Source: Gemmatimonadales bacterium
GTDB lineage: Bacteria; Gemmatimonadota; Gemmatimonadetes; Gemmatimonadales; GWC2-71-9
Assembly (NCBI GenBank): GCA_041577295.1
Contig: JBFGJG010000016.1
Location: forward strand, 12,437 to 76,436
Length of the DNA stretch: 64,000 bases
Reading direction: 5' to 3'
Of the stretch, positions 9,806 through 17,806 are shown in pieces. The position numbers and the translations under genes were made by a program. The notes beneath the pieces are model-generated. The model did no database searches, was not told the DNA's origin, and saw nothing but the letters and a program-made list of their open reading frames with translations. Position 1 is the first letter of the stretch. Each line of letters opens with the position of its first letter.

Positions 9806-11128
9806 CTACCGTCCGATGATCAGCGGAAGCGCTTGGCGCGCACTCAAGAAGAGAACCACAGCTAAGGCAACCGGTATCACCGTCCGCAGGAGCCAGAGCC
9901 AGCCATCGATGAGGCGGGAGTTGGGGAGTCCTTGCGCGAGCTCCTGACGAGCACCCGCAGACCAGATCCACCCGGTGAGCACCGCGATTAGCAGCCCACC
10001 CAGGATCAACAGGACCTCTCCGACCACCTTGTCGACCAGCGCGAGCCAGTTGGAGTTGAGGGCGCCGGGGATACCACCGAGCGCGATGGCGAAGCCAGCC
10101 ACGAGGGTGGTCCGGCGCCTGGGCCATTGCCAGGCATCGATGATGCCCGCCACTACCACCTCCAGCATGATGGTGGCCGACGTGAGGGCGGCGATGAACA
10201 GCGCGAAGAAGAACACGACAGCCACCACCGTACCGCCAGTTTCCAGCGCGTTGAAGGCAGCAGGAAGCGTGATGAACAACGCCCCAATCGGGCTGGCGCC
10301 CACCTGGCTCTCGACACCCAGATGGTAGATGAGCGGGAACGTCACCAGTCCACCGATGATCGCAACGGCGGTGTCCGCCAAGGCAACCCCGGTGGCCTGA
10401 CCGGCGAGATTCGTCTGGCGCTGTTCCATGTACGAGGCGAGGGTGATGAGCCCACCCATGCCGAGCGAGAGTGAGAAGAACGCCTGGCCGGCGGCGGCCG
10501 CGATGACGTCCGGATGCAGCATCTCGCGGAAGTCGGGTTTGAGATAGTACGCGTATCCCGCAGAAGCGCCCGAGAGGGTGGCCGCCCACCCGGCAAGCGC
10601 AATCAACAAGATCAGCAACGTTGGCATGAGGATCCGTGCTGCCCGCTCGATTCCACCCCGAATTCCTGCGAACACGACGGCCATGGTGCATGCCATGCTG
10701 AAGAAGTGGAACGGCAAGGCGGCCGGTCCGGTGCTAATCTCGCCGAAGTAGGCCGCGGTATCGTTGGGAATCGCTCCGCGAAGCGAATCGAGGAACAGAC
10801 GCGCCGTCCACCCCATGATGATGGAATACGCGGATAGCACGAAGAATCCGATCCCTACGAACATCCAACCGACGCCACTCCAGCGCCGTCCCCCGAGTGC
10901 GGCCAGGGCCCGCGTCGGACTGAGACGTGTGTGACGTCCGATGCTCAGTTCGGCTGTCAGCAGCGGGATGCCCACCAAGAGCACGAACGTCACATATAAC
11001 AGCACAAACGCCGCGCCACCTCCGCGCGACGCGGTGTACGAGAAGCGCCAGAGGTTTCCGAGCCCTACCGCGGTGCCGACGGCAGCGAGAAAGAACCCGG
11101 TGGTGCTACGCCACGACTCTCGTGGCAG
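9806..11128 (-). CDS. neurotransmitter:sodium symporter (NSS/LeuT-fold) family transporter; start codon unresolved
   Basis: The track ORF (GVALADTAVAIIGG and other NSS-like segments) starts at GTG 11005. A further 42 in-frame upstream codons (RESWRSTTGFFLAAVGTAVGLGNLWRFSY...GGGAAF) are the conserved NSS TM1. The only initiator candidate there is CTG 11128..11126. Confidence 0.85.
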   Translation of the reverse strand: MPRESWRSTTGFFLAAVGTAVGLGNLWRFSYTASRGGGAAFVLLYVTFVLLVGIPLLTAELSIGRHTRLSPTRALAALGGRRWSGVGWMFVGIGFFVLSAYSIIMGWTARLFLDSLRGAIPNDTAAYFGEISTGPAALPFHFFSMACTMAVVFAGIRGGIERAARILMPTLLILLIALAGWAATLSGASAGYAYYLKPDFREMLHPDVIAAAAGQAFFSLSLGMGGLITLASYMEQRQTNLAGQATGVALADTAVAIIGGLVTFPLIYHLGVESQVGASPIGALFITLPAAFNALETGGTVVAVVFFFALFIAALTSATIMLEVVVAGIIDAWQWPRRRTTLVAGFAIALGGIPGALNSNWLALVDKVVGEVLLILGGLLIAVLTGWIWSAGARQELAQGLPNSRLIDGWLWLLRTVIPVALAVVLFLSARQALPLIIGR

Positions 11129-11131
11129 TCG

Positions 11132-11644
11132 TCACCCAGCCTTGATTTTTTTGGTGAGAGCCGGCTCGAGACCCATGAGCCGGGCGTAGAGTGCCAGCTG
11201 ACCGCGGTGATACATCTCCTGTGCGATGCCGTGATGCAACCACTGAATCTTCGTCCCCTGCTTTCCGTCAAAACGCTCCATGAACTGATACAGCGCCAAC
11301 TCACCGGTGCGACGGAATGCGCGCGCTGCATCGAGGATCTGAGACCTCAACAGCGTCACCAGTTCCTCTTTTGTATTCGCATCGTACGCCGCTGTGGAAT
11401 ACATCTTGACGAGCCTCGGAAAGGAAACCCGCCGCAGGTCGGTGTCCGAACGTGCCAACTCACCCGTCATCATCATGGACACTTCGAGGATGTGCTGTAC
11501 CAGTTCCCGAACCGTCCGACTTTCGGGTGTGGGACGGAAGTCGAACTTGTCCGCTGGAATGTTCTCGACCTCAGCTATGATTCCATCGCGGGCATCCCGC
11601 CACGCCTCGAGGGTCTCTTCTAGGTAGGACGGACTCGCTGCCAT
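11132..11644 (-). CDS. DinB-family (DinB_2-like) four-helix-bundle protein
   Basis: ATG 11644..11642 gives MAASPSYLEETLEAWRDARDGI...VQHILEV...HHGIAQEMYHRGQLALYARL, a DinB-type His pattern. The SD GGAG overlaps the upstream stop codon. Confidence 0.8.
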   Translation of the reverse strand: MAASPSYLEETLEAWRDARDGIIAEVENIPADKFDFRPTPESRTVRELVQHILEVSMMMTGELARSDTDLRRVSFPRLVKMYSTAAYDANTKEELVTLLRSQILDAARAFRRTGELALYQFMERFDGKQGTKIQWLHHGIAQEMYHRGQLALYARLMGLEPALTKKIKAG

Positions 11645-11652
11645 ACGGGCTC

Positions 11653-11997
11653 CTACGCTTTCTTTCGTTTCTTGATTGTCCCCGCCACCCCCGCGGCGCT
11701 GCCGGCGAGTACCGTCGGGAATACCACTGCCAGCAGCAGCACACCCCAGCCGGGGAGCGAGACAGTGGCCCCGAGCGTGTTGGCAACTCCTAAGACCGGA
11801 CCTTGAACCGCTGCCCATCCCAGCAACACGACCCAACTCAAGCCGGCAGCGGCCGCAATGGTGGTGACTGGCCAAGTCTCCCGAGCAGCGACCACACCCC
11901 ACAGCGCCCCGACGAGGGGGACGGCCCACCAACCCAGACCGACCGTCGCGGCCCCAACGGCAATCGCGAGAACGCCAACCCGGACGAGGCCCTTCAC
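11653..11997 (-). CDS. four-TM miniprotein, unknown function
   Basis: 114 aa, Gly/Ala/Trp-rich, with four hydrophobic segments and a basic tail KKRKKA. GTG 11997..11995 overlaps the acylase TGA (GTGA). Confidence 0.6.
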   Translation of the reverse strand: MKGLVRVGVLAIAVGAATVGLGWWAVPLVGALWGVVAARETWPVTTIAAAAGLSWVVLLGWAAVQGPVLGVANTLGATVSLPGWGVLLLAVVFPTVLAGSAAGVAGTIKKRKKA

Positions 11998-14522
11998 GGT
12001 TGGTCTTCCTCGGCAACGAGGATCAATACGCCGGCGGTGCGCTGGTCCTCGAGCTCACCTGGCTGTCGGGGCAAGAGGACAGGTTCGAGTTGCCCTGAGA
12101 CCCAATGCTCGATCCGATCCCGGTAACGGCTACTCACGGGATTCCCAGACTGCCCACCTGGATAGATCGTCCAGGCACGCACTTCCGGCCGTAGCTCGAC
12201 CACCATGCGCCAACTGGCACCGAAGCGACCGGAGCCCGAGGAGGGGTTCAGCGTCCCGGGGCCTCCCTGAATCGGCATGTTCAACGCGGAGAGCGCAGGT
12301 ATGCGCAGCAGGTGATAGATGTTCACATGGCGGATGCGATCCCATCTCCAGCCGCCGTCTTCTGGTGCACCGTGCTCGTCCTTGGCGCGCCGTAGCGCCG
12401 CCTTGAGGCTGGCGTTGAGCATCCCATCCCGATCCTCGCGCACGCCGGGCGTCCGGCGATCGTCCCACCAGCGGCTGGTGGAGTCGTTTAATAACGTGGC
12501 GAGCACTGCCGAGCTGGGAGTGCGGATTCGATTCCGCGCAACGACGGAATCTGATTCCGACGGCAACGCCAACTCGTCCCACACCCGATCGACCAACTCC
12601 TCCATGGCCATCTCGAACAGCACAGCTCGTTCGTTCTCCATGGTGTATCGCCGGTCCCATTGTGCCAGCAGCTGCGCAGCCTCGCGCAACTCGTCGTCCC
12701 CCTGTACTTGCGAGAGGGAGTGCTCGGCAGCCTGGAGAAACGCCGGTACGAATCGGTCGGCGCGAGCGCTGCCGGGATCGAGCTGAAACCGTTGCATGTC
12801 ATCAGGCGTCACCGACGAATCGGCTCGCAACAACTGGTTGATACGCAACGCCCGCCAAGGCGATGGCCAGTTTGCGCCGTAATACGTCGTATCGACCGCA
12901 GGGTCTACCGGCTCCTGATTCGCCGACGCGAGGAACCCCTGCGGCGGGTCGATCGCTGTGGGAAGGCGATCGGTGGCTAAATAACCAAGCCACTCGTTCG
13001 CGGAGCGACTGCCGTCGAAGATACGATCACCTCGACCGTCGTTGGGCCGGACGGGGAAGCGACCTGTCGGGCGGATCGCGATCGAACCGGTCCAGTCCGC
13101 CACCAGCATGTTCTGTGGGGGCGCGACGTAGGACTCCATGGCCATAAGCCACTCGGCGACGCTCGACGCGCGCGCCGCCTCAGCGAACGCCTGGATCTCA
13201 CCGGCGTCTTCCAGGACGGTCCACCTCAGGGAGTGAGCTTGCCCGTTTTCACGGAGCAGAGGACCGCGATGGGTGAAGTAGATGGTATCCGTGGCGAGCA
13301 GCTCACCGTTGGTGTCTCTGAACTCTTCAATCCGGCGCGTCAACGGCTGCCAGACACCGTCTACGGTGTACGAGGTCGGCTTGTCGGGATCGTCCAGCGT
13401 TTCGGCATAGAGGTCAACGACGTCCGCCTCGGTGTTCGTGAAGCTCCACGCGACGCGTCGATTGAAACCGATCACCACCCCAGGGATGCCCGGGATAGTG
13501 ACGCCATACACATCGATCTCGCCGGGCACGACCATATGAATCTCGTACCAGATCGACGGGAGGGTGAGTTCCAAGTGCGGATCGCCCGCCAAGATCGCGA
13601 ATCCCGCCTCCGTGCGTGCGGCACTGACAGCCCAGTTGTTGCTGCCGATAATCGGGTCGTCATGTTCCGTGGCGGGTTCATCCCACCGTGGCCAACCCTC
13701 TGGAACATCCCTTGCGCCCGCACCAACCACCGTGTTCCCACCAGAAGCTGCCACGGTCGCGGGACGCACGAGTTCAGGTGCGGTAGGTGCACCGACGGTT
13801 GGCGGAGGTGGCACGATCGGCTCGGATATGGGACTGTGCAATCCAAAGAGCTCTTCGAGGCCGTCGGCACCGATCATCGCCTCGATGCGGTCTCGTCGGC
13901 GCTCGCCGAGGAAGAGGGTCAGGGTATATCCCATACGCTTGATGAGGTACAGCGCGTGCTGCGGCTCCCAATGCATCGGTTGTACCCCGAGCAACCGGTA
14001 TTCAAATGGTGGGTTCTGTCTCGCCTCGCCGTCGATCCACGCGTTGACGCCATCGGCAAAGGCCCCGAGGGAACGAGCCGTCCGAGCGTTGGGGTCGAGT
14101 TCGCCCCACTGTCGCTCGGCAGACCACGCCAACCCGTAACGGCGTTGCTCGCGATCGAACTCGAGCGTCCGCGGCCCCAGGAGTTCGGACAACGTTCCGG
14201 CGGTTACGCGGGTTTGGAGCTCGAGCTGGAACAACCGGTCGCGTGCTACGACGTACCCCAGCGCGCGAGTAGCATCGTCCACCGAGCTGGCAAAGATGTG
14301 TGGGACACCACGATCGTCGTACGCCACCCGCACCTGACCGGTGAGACCGGGAATTCTCGCGGTGGATTCGCGGGGCAACTCCGCCTGGATGGCGACCCCC
14401 CAAATCCCATCCGTTGGATGCAGCAGCCCGCCCAACGCCGGAACGGACCCCACAGACCACTGCCCGACGTACAGGGTCCCGACGAGGATGAGGGCGGAGA
14501 GGGTGAAGCGAAGCTGACGCAT
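11994..14522 (-). CDS. penicillin-acylase-family Ntn hydrolase (peptidase S45; penicillin/AHL-acylase-like)
   Basis: 842 aa with signal peptide MRQLRFTLSALILVGTLYVG. The autoprocessing site reads ...IIG/SNNWAVSAARTEAG, with Ser as the beta-subunit N-terminal nucleophile. Length and layout are typical of the family. Confidence 0.9.
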   Translation of the reverse strand: MRQLRFTLSALILVGTLYVGQWSVGSVPALGGLLHPTDGIWGVAIQAELPRESTARIPGLTGQVRVAYDDRGVPHIFASSVDDATRALGYVVARDRLFQLELQTRVTAGTLSELLGPRTLEFDREQRRYGLAWSAERQWGELDPNARTARSLGAFADGVNAWIDGEARQNPPFEYRLLGVQPMHWEPQHALYLIKRMGYTLTLFLGERRRDRIEAMIGADGLEELFGLHSPISEPIVPPPPTVGAPTAPELVRPATVAASGGNTVVGAGARDVPEGWPRWDEPATEHDDPIIGSNNWAVSAARTEAGFAILAGDPHLELTLPSIWYEIHMVVPGEIDVYGVTIPGIPGVVIGFNRRVAWSFTNTEADVVDLYAETLDDPDKPTSYTVDGVWQPLTRRIEEFRDTNGELLATDTIYFTHRGPLLRENGQAHSLRWTVLEDAGEIQAFAEAARASSVAEWLMAMESYVAPPQNMLVADWTGSIAIRPTGRFPVRPNDGRGDRIFDGSRSANEWLGYLATDRLPTAIDPPQGFLASANQEPVDPAVDTTYYGANWPSPWRALRINQLLRADSSVTPDDMQRFQLDPGSARADRFVPAFLQAAEHSLSQVQGDDELREAAQLLAQWDRRYTMENERAVLFEMAMEELVDRVWDELALPSESDSVVARNRIRTPSSAVLATLLNDSTSRWWDDRRTPGVREDRDGMLNASLKAALRRAKDEHGAPEDGGWRWDRIRHVNIYHLLRIPALSALNMPIQGGPGTLNPSSGSGRFGASWRMVVELRPEVRAWTIYPGGQSGNPVSSRYRDRIEHWVSGQLEPVLLPRQPGELEDQRTAGVLILVAEEDQP

Positions 14523-14705
14523 TTTCGTTGACGGGTCCAGGCATCACGGGTTGGTGACGTGTTCGGATGAGGAATCAACGATAACACCGAGTGGCGGGCG
14601 AAGTCACCTCCGTATGCGGGTCCTCTTGAACCCTCATGTCCTCGGCAACTACTATCACCGCGGCGGGTGGATTCCGGGATTCTCATCGAACGACGGAGTG
14701 ATACT

Positions 14706-17162
14706 ATGGCTGGTCGCAGCAAGGGCGCGGGCGCATCGGCGGACGCGTACGAGAAGCTGGGCGCGTTTTACCTCGGAAAGGTCTACGAGCCCGACGGAGA
14801 TGCCGTGACCGACGAGCTCCTCCTGTACGACTCAAAGGATCTCACGACGCACGGCGTTTGTGTGGGGATGACGGGCAGTGGAAAGACGGGGTTGTGCGTC
14901 TCCTTGCTCGAGGAAGCCGCAATCGACGGCGTGCCCGCTATCGCGATCGACCCCAAGGGAGACCTCGGCAATCTGTTGTTGACCTTCCCCAAGCTGCGGT
15001 CCTCCGACTTCCTTCCCTGGATCGATTCCGGCGAAGCGGCGCGAAAGGGAGCGACACCTGAGGAGTACGCTTCGAAGACGGCGGACCTGTGGCGGAATGG
15101 TCTGGGCGACTGGGGTCAGAGCGGTGCGCGGATCGAGCGGCTCAAGGCCGCGGCGGACTTCGCCATCTACACACCCGGCAGCAGCGCGGGGCTCCGACTC
15201 AACCTGCTGCGCTCCTTCGCGGCACCTCCACCCCAGCTGGTCGAGGACGCCGATGCGTTTCGCGAGCGGCTGACCACCGCCGTTTCCGGACTGCTCGCCC
15301 TGCTTGGAGTCGACGCGGATCCGCTGCAAAGTCGTGAGCACATACTGGTATCGAATCTGTTCGATCACGCGTGGCGGGACGGACAAGATCTCGATCTCGC
15401 ATCGCTGATTCAGTCGGTACAATCACCGCCGTTCGAGAAGATCGGCGTAATGGACCTCGAATCGTTCTTCCCGGCGAAGGATCGCACGGCCCTCGCCATG
15501 ACCCTCAACAACCTGCTCGCGTCGCCCGGATTCGCCGCGTGGATGGAAGGAGAACCGCTCGAGATCCCACGTCTGCTGTGGACCGACGACGGACGGCCTC
15601 GCGTATCCATCCTCTCGATCGCTCACCTCTCTGAAGCCGAGCGTATGTTCTTCGTCACACTCTTGCTCAATGAAGTGCTCGGCTGGATGCGTACGCAGTC
15701 CGGGACTTCGAGCCTGCGGGCGCTGCTCTACATGGATGAGGTGTTCGGTTTCTTCCCACCAGTAGCCAATCCGCCGTCGAAGACACCCATGTTGACATTG
15801 CTCAAGCAAGCCAGAGCCTACGGCCTCGGCGTGTTGCTTGCCACGCAGAACCCGGTGGACCTCGACTACAAGGGCCTCTCCAATGCTGGAACATGGTTCC
15901 TCGGGCGACTCCAAACCGAACGCGACAAACGGCGAGTGATCGAAGGACTGGAGGGCGCATCCGCCGCCGCCGGTGCGACGTTCGATCGGCAACGGATCGA
16001 ACGCATTCTCGCAGGGCTCAAGTCACGCGTGTTTCTGATGAACAACGTCCACGAAGACGCGCCCGTGCTCTTCCACACCCGGTGGGCAATGTCCTACCTG
16101 CGAGGGCCCCTCACACGCACGCAGATCCAGGACTTGATGGAGCATCGCAGACCTACGGCCGCAGTGAGTGAGGAGCCCGACAGAGGCGAGGCGAAGAAAA
16201 AGGCCCGCCGACCAGCGGCGCGCGCGGCGAAGTCATCGTCCACCCGTCCAGTCGTGCCGCCAGACGTCCCGCAATTCTTCACGACGGACCCCGAGAAACC
16301 TTCAGGGGAATCGACGGTCTATCGACCTGCACTGCTCGGTACCGCGGATCTCCACTTCGCAAATGCCCGCGCGGGCGTCGATCTCTGGGAGAAGGTGTCC
16401 TATCTCACCCCGCTCGGCGGCCGAGGCACGGCAAACGTCTGGGAGAAGGCCGAGCACTTGCCGGATGGGGAGCCCGACCTGGACGCGGAGCCCGAAGAGG
16501 GAGCGGAATTCGCATCCCTCCCGACCGCCGCGGGCCGCGCAAAGAGCTATACCTCGTGGGAAAAGGCATTCAAGACATTCCTATATCAGACGCACACGAT
16601 GACCCTGTGGCGGTGCCCCTCGCTCAAGCTCACCTCGGAGGCGAACGAACGTGAGGCGGAGTTTCGGGTGCGGGTGCGTGAGGCTGCGCGCGAGCGCCGC
16701 GATCGGGCCGTCGAGAAGCTGCGCAAGCGCTATGCGCCCAAGCTCGCACGTCTGCAAGACCAGATCACTCGAGCGCAAGAGCGGGTGTCGCGTGAAGAGT
16801 CGCAGTACGGTCAGCAAAAGATGCAGACGGCCATCTCGATGGGTGCCACCGTGCTCGGCGCGCTCTTCGGAAGAAAACTCGGCAGCGTTGGAAACGTCGG
16901 GCGCGCGACCACCACCATGCGAGGTGTCGGTCGAACAGCACGAGAACGCGAAGACATTGCCCGCGCCGGGAAACGCGTGAAGGAGCTGCAGGGGAAGTTG
17001 GTGGATCTGGAAGCGGAGTTCGAAGACGAAACCGCAGCGCTACGTGACGAATCTGACCCGGAGATGGTGGAGATCGAGGAGCTCCCGGTCCGGCCTCGCA
17101 AATCGGACATCACGATCGGCCGCGTCGCGCTCGTATGGGAAGGAACTGCAGGCCCTACCTAA
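14706..17162 (+). CDS. HerA/FtsK-like P-loop ATPase with long C-terminal coiled-coil extension
   Basis: Walker A GMTGSGKTG, Walker B LLYMDEVFGFFP, and ATQNPVDLD. The C-terminal ~330 aa contain a coiled coil (RERRDRAVEKLRKRYAPKLARLQDQITRAQ) and a Gly-rich hydrophobic patch (AISMGATVLGALFGRKLGSVGNVG). ATG 14706 was chosen over GTG 14667. Confidence 0.85.
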   Translation: MAGRSKGAGASADAYEKLGAFYLGKVYEPDGDAVTDELLLYDSKDLTTHGVCVGMTGSGKTGLCVSLLEEAAIDGVPAIAIDPKGDLGNLLLTFPKLRSSDFLPWIDSGEAARKGATPEEYASKTADLWRNGLGDWGQSGARIERLKAAADFAIYTPGSSAGLRLNLLRSFAAPPPQLVEDADAFRERLTTAVSGLLALLGVDADPLQSREHILVSNLFDHAWRDGQDLDLASLIQSVQSPPFEKIGVMDLESFFPAKDRTALAMTLNNLLASPGFAAWMEGEPLEIPRLLWTDDGRPRVSILSIAHLSEAERMFFVTLLLNEVLGWMRTQSGTSSLRALLYMDEVFGFFPPVANPPSKTPMLTLLKQARAYGLGVLLATQNPVDLDYKGLSNAGTWFLGRLQTERDKRRVIEGLEGASAAAGATFDRQRIERILAGLKSRVFLMNNVHEDAPVLFHTRWAMSYLRGPLTRTQIQDLMEHRRPTAAVSEEPDRGEAKKKARRPAARAAKSSSTRPVVPPDVPQFFTTDPEKPSGESTVYRPALLGTADLHFANARAGVDLWEKVSYLTPLGGRGTANVWEKAEHLPDGEPDLDAEPEEGAEFASLPTAAGRAKSYTSWEKAFKTFLYQTHTMTLWRCPSLKLTSEANEREAEFRVRVREAARERRDRAVEKLRKRYAPKLARLQDQITRAQERVSREESQYGQQKMQTAISMGATVLGALFGRKLGSVGNVGRATTTMRGVGRTAREREDIARAGKRVKELQGKLVDLEAEFEDETAALRDESDPEMVEIEELPVRPRKSDITIGRVALVWEGTAGPT

Positions 17163-17174
17163 CCCTCCAACCCG

Positions 17175-17214
17175 GTGAGCAGTGAGCAGTTTGATTGTAC
17201 TGCTCACTGCTCAC
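17175..17214. terminator. bidirectional terminator-like hairpin built from CAGTGAG heptads
   Basis: Perfect 16-bp stem: GTGAGCAGTGAGCAGT (17175..17190) pairs with ACTGCTCACTGCTCAC (17199..17214), with an 8-nt loop. It sits between convergent stop codons at 17162 and 17219. Confidence 0.7.
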
Positions 17215-17218
17215 TGCC

Positions 17219-17626
17219 TTAGTGCGTGATGACCGAGTCCATGGACTTGGCGTGGGTGATCCACTTGTCGACCACCTTCTCGGACGGCGTCTGCCTAGTG
17301 AGCCGCTTCGTTGCGTTCACTTCCTTCATCTTGGTGGCGAGGTTGGTGGCGTTGCGCATGGCCAGCTCTTTCACGGTGTCGACACCGGACGCCTCGAGCA
17401 GATCCGCGTACTCGGAGCCAATGCCCGACACCCGCATGAGGTCGGCGCGGTTGGTCCATTCGAGGAGCTGGTGCTCCGATACGCCAGTCTTTGTCGACAC
17501 GCTCCGCCGCCCTTCTGGCGTACAACAGAGCTTGAGGAGGTCGTCGGTCGTCTTCACACCGGCAGCCGTCAGCTTCTCAGCGTACGCCGGTCCAATACCC
17601 TCGATCTGCTCGATCTTGTAACCCAT
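17219..17626 (-). CDS. DUF4332-like helix-hairpin-helix protein
   Basis: 135 aa. Two HhH-like repeats: IEGIGPAYAEKLTAAGVKTTDDLL and VSGIGSEYADLLEASGVDTVKELA. Confidence 0.75.
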   Translation of the reverse strand: MGYKIEQIEGIGPAYAEKLTAAGVKTTDDLLKLCCTPEGRRSVSTKTGVSEHQLLEWTNRADLMRVSGIGSEYADLLEASGVDTVKELAMRNATNLATKMKEVNATKRLTRQTPSEKVVDKWITHAKSMDSVITH

Positions 17627-17806
17627 GGAACAACAGTCCTTTATAATGGAGTCCGGAAAATTGCCTGGTTAAGAATAATTGGTCGGTCGGGCGGGACAAA
17701 ATGGCTTGAAGTGAATGGGAAAGCAGGTGTGGAGACAGCCGGCAGGAGGTCAGCGACCAATGAGCAGTGAGCGATATTCCGAGCGACCGCCCTTTCGTAA
17801 GCCCCA

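Noticed and set aside
11110-11134. Selenocysteine recoding of the DinB TGA, using the 7-bp hairpin as a SECIS element.
   Set aside because: The hairpin is short (7 bp with a 3-nt loop) and does not resemble the bacterial SECIS apical loop. A Sec-linked DinB-NSS fusion has no precedent that I know of. It is kept only as one unlikely option under the NSS start-codon finding.
13233-14531. Long antisense or alternative-frame ORFs. Examples: 13233..14531 +, 22151..22987 +, 23497..24750 +, 26866..28104 +, 34308..35459 -, 36450..37514 -, 2324..3430 -, 9738..10691 -, 48153..48998 -, 35490..36395 -.
   Set aside because: Each lies wholly inside, and opposite to or out of frame with, a gene that has clear family motifs. 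Their translations are Arg/Gly/Pro/Ala-rich with no motifs, which is the usual behaviour of stop-poor frames in GC-rich DNA.
17175-17214. CRISPR-like array suggested by the repeated CAGTGAG, GAGGCAG and GGGATAG units.
   Set aside because: The units are 7 to 13 nt long, directly tandem or inverted, and have no 25-40-nt spacers. There are no cas genes in the window.
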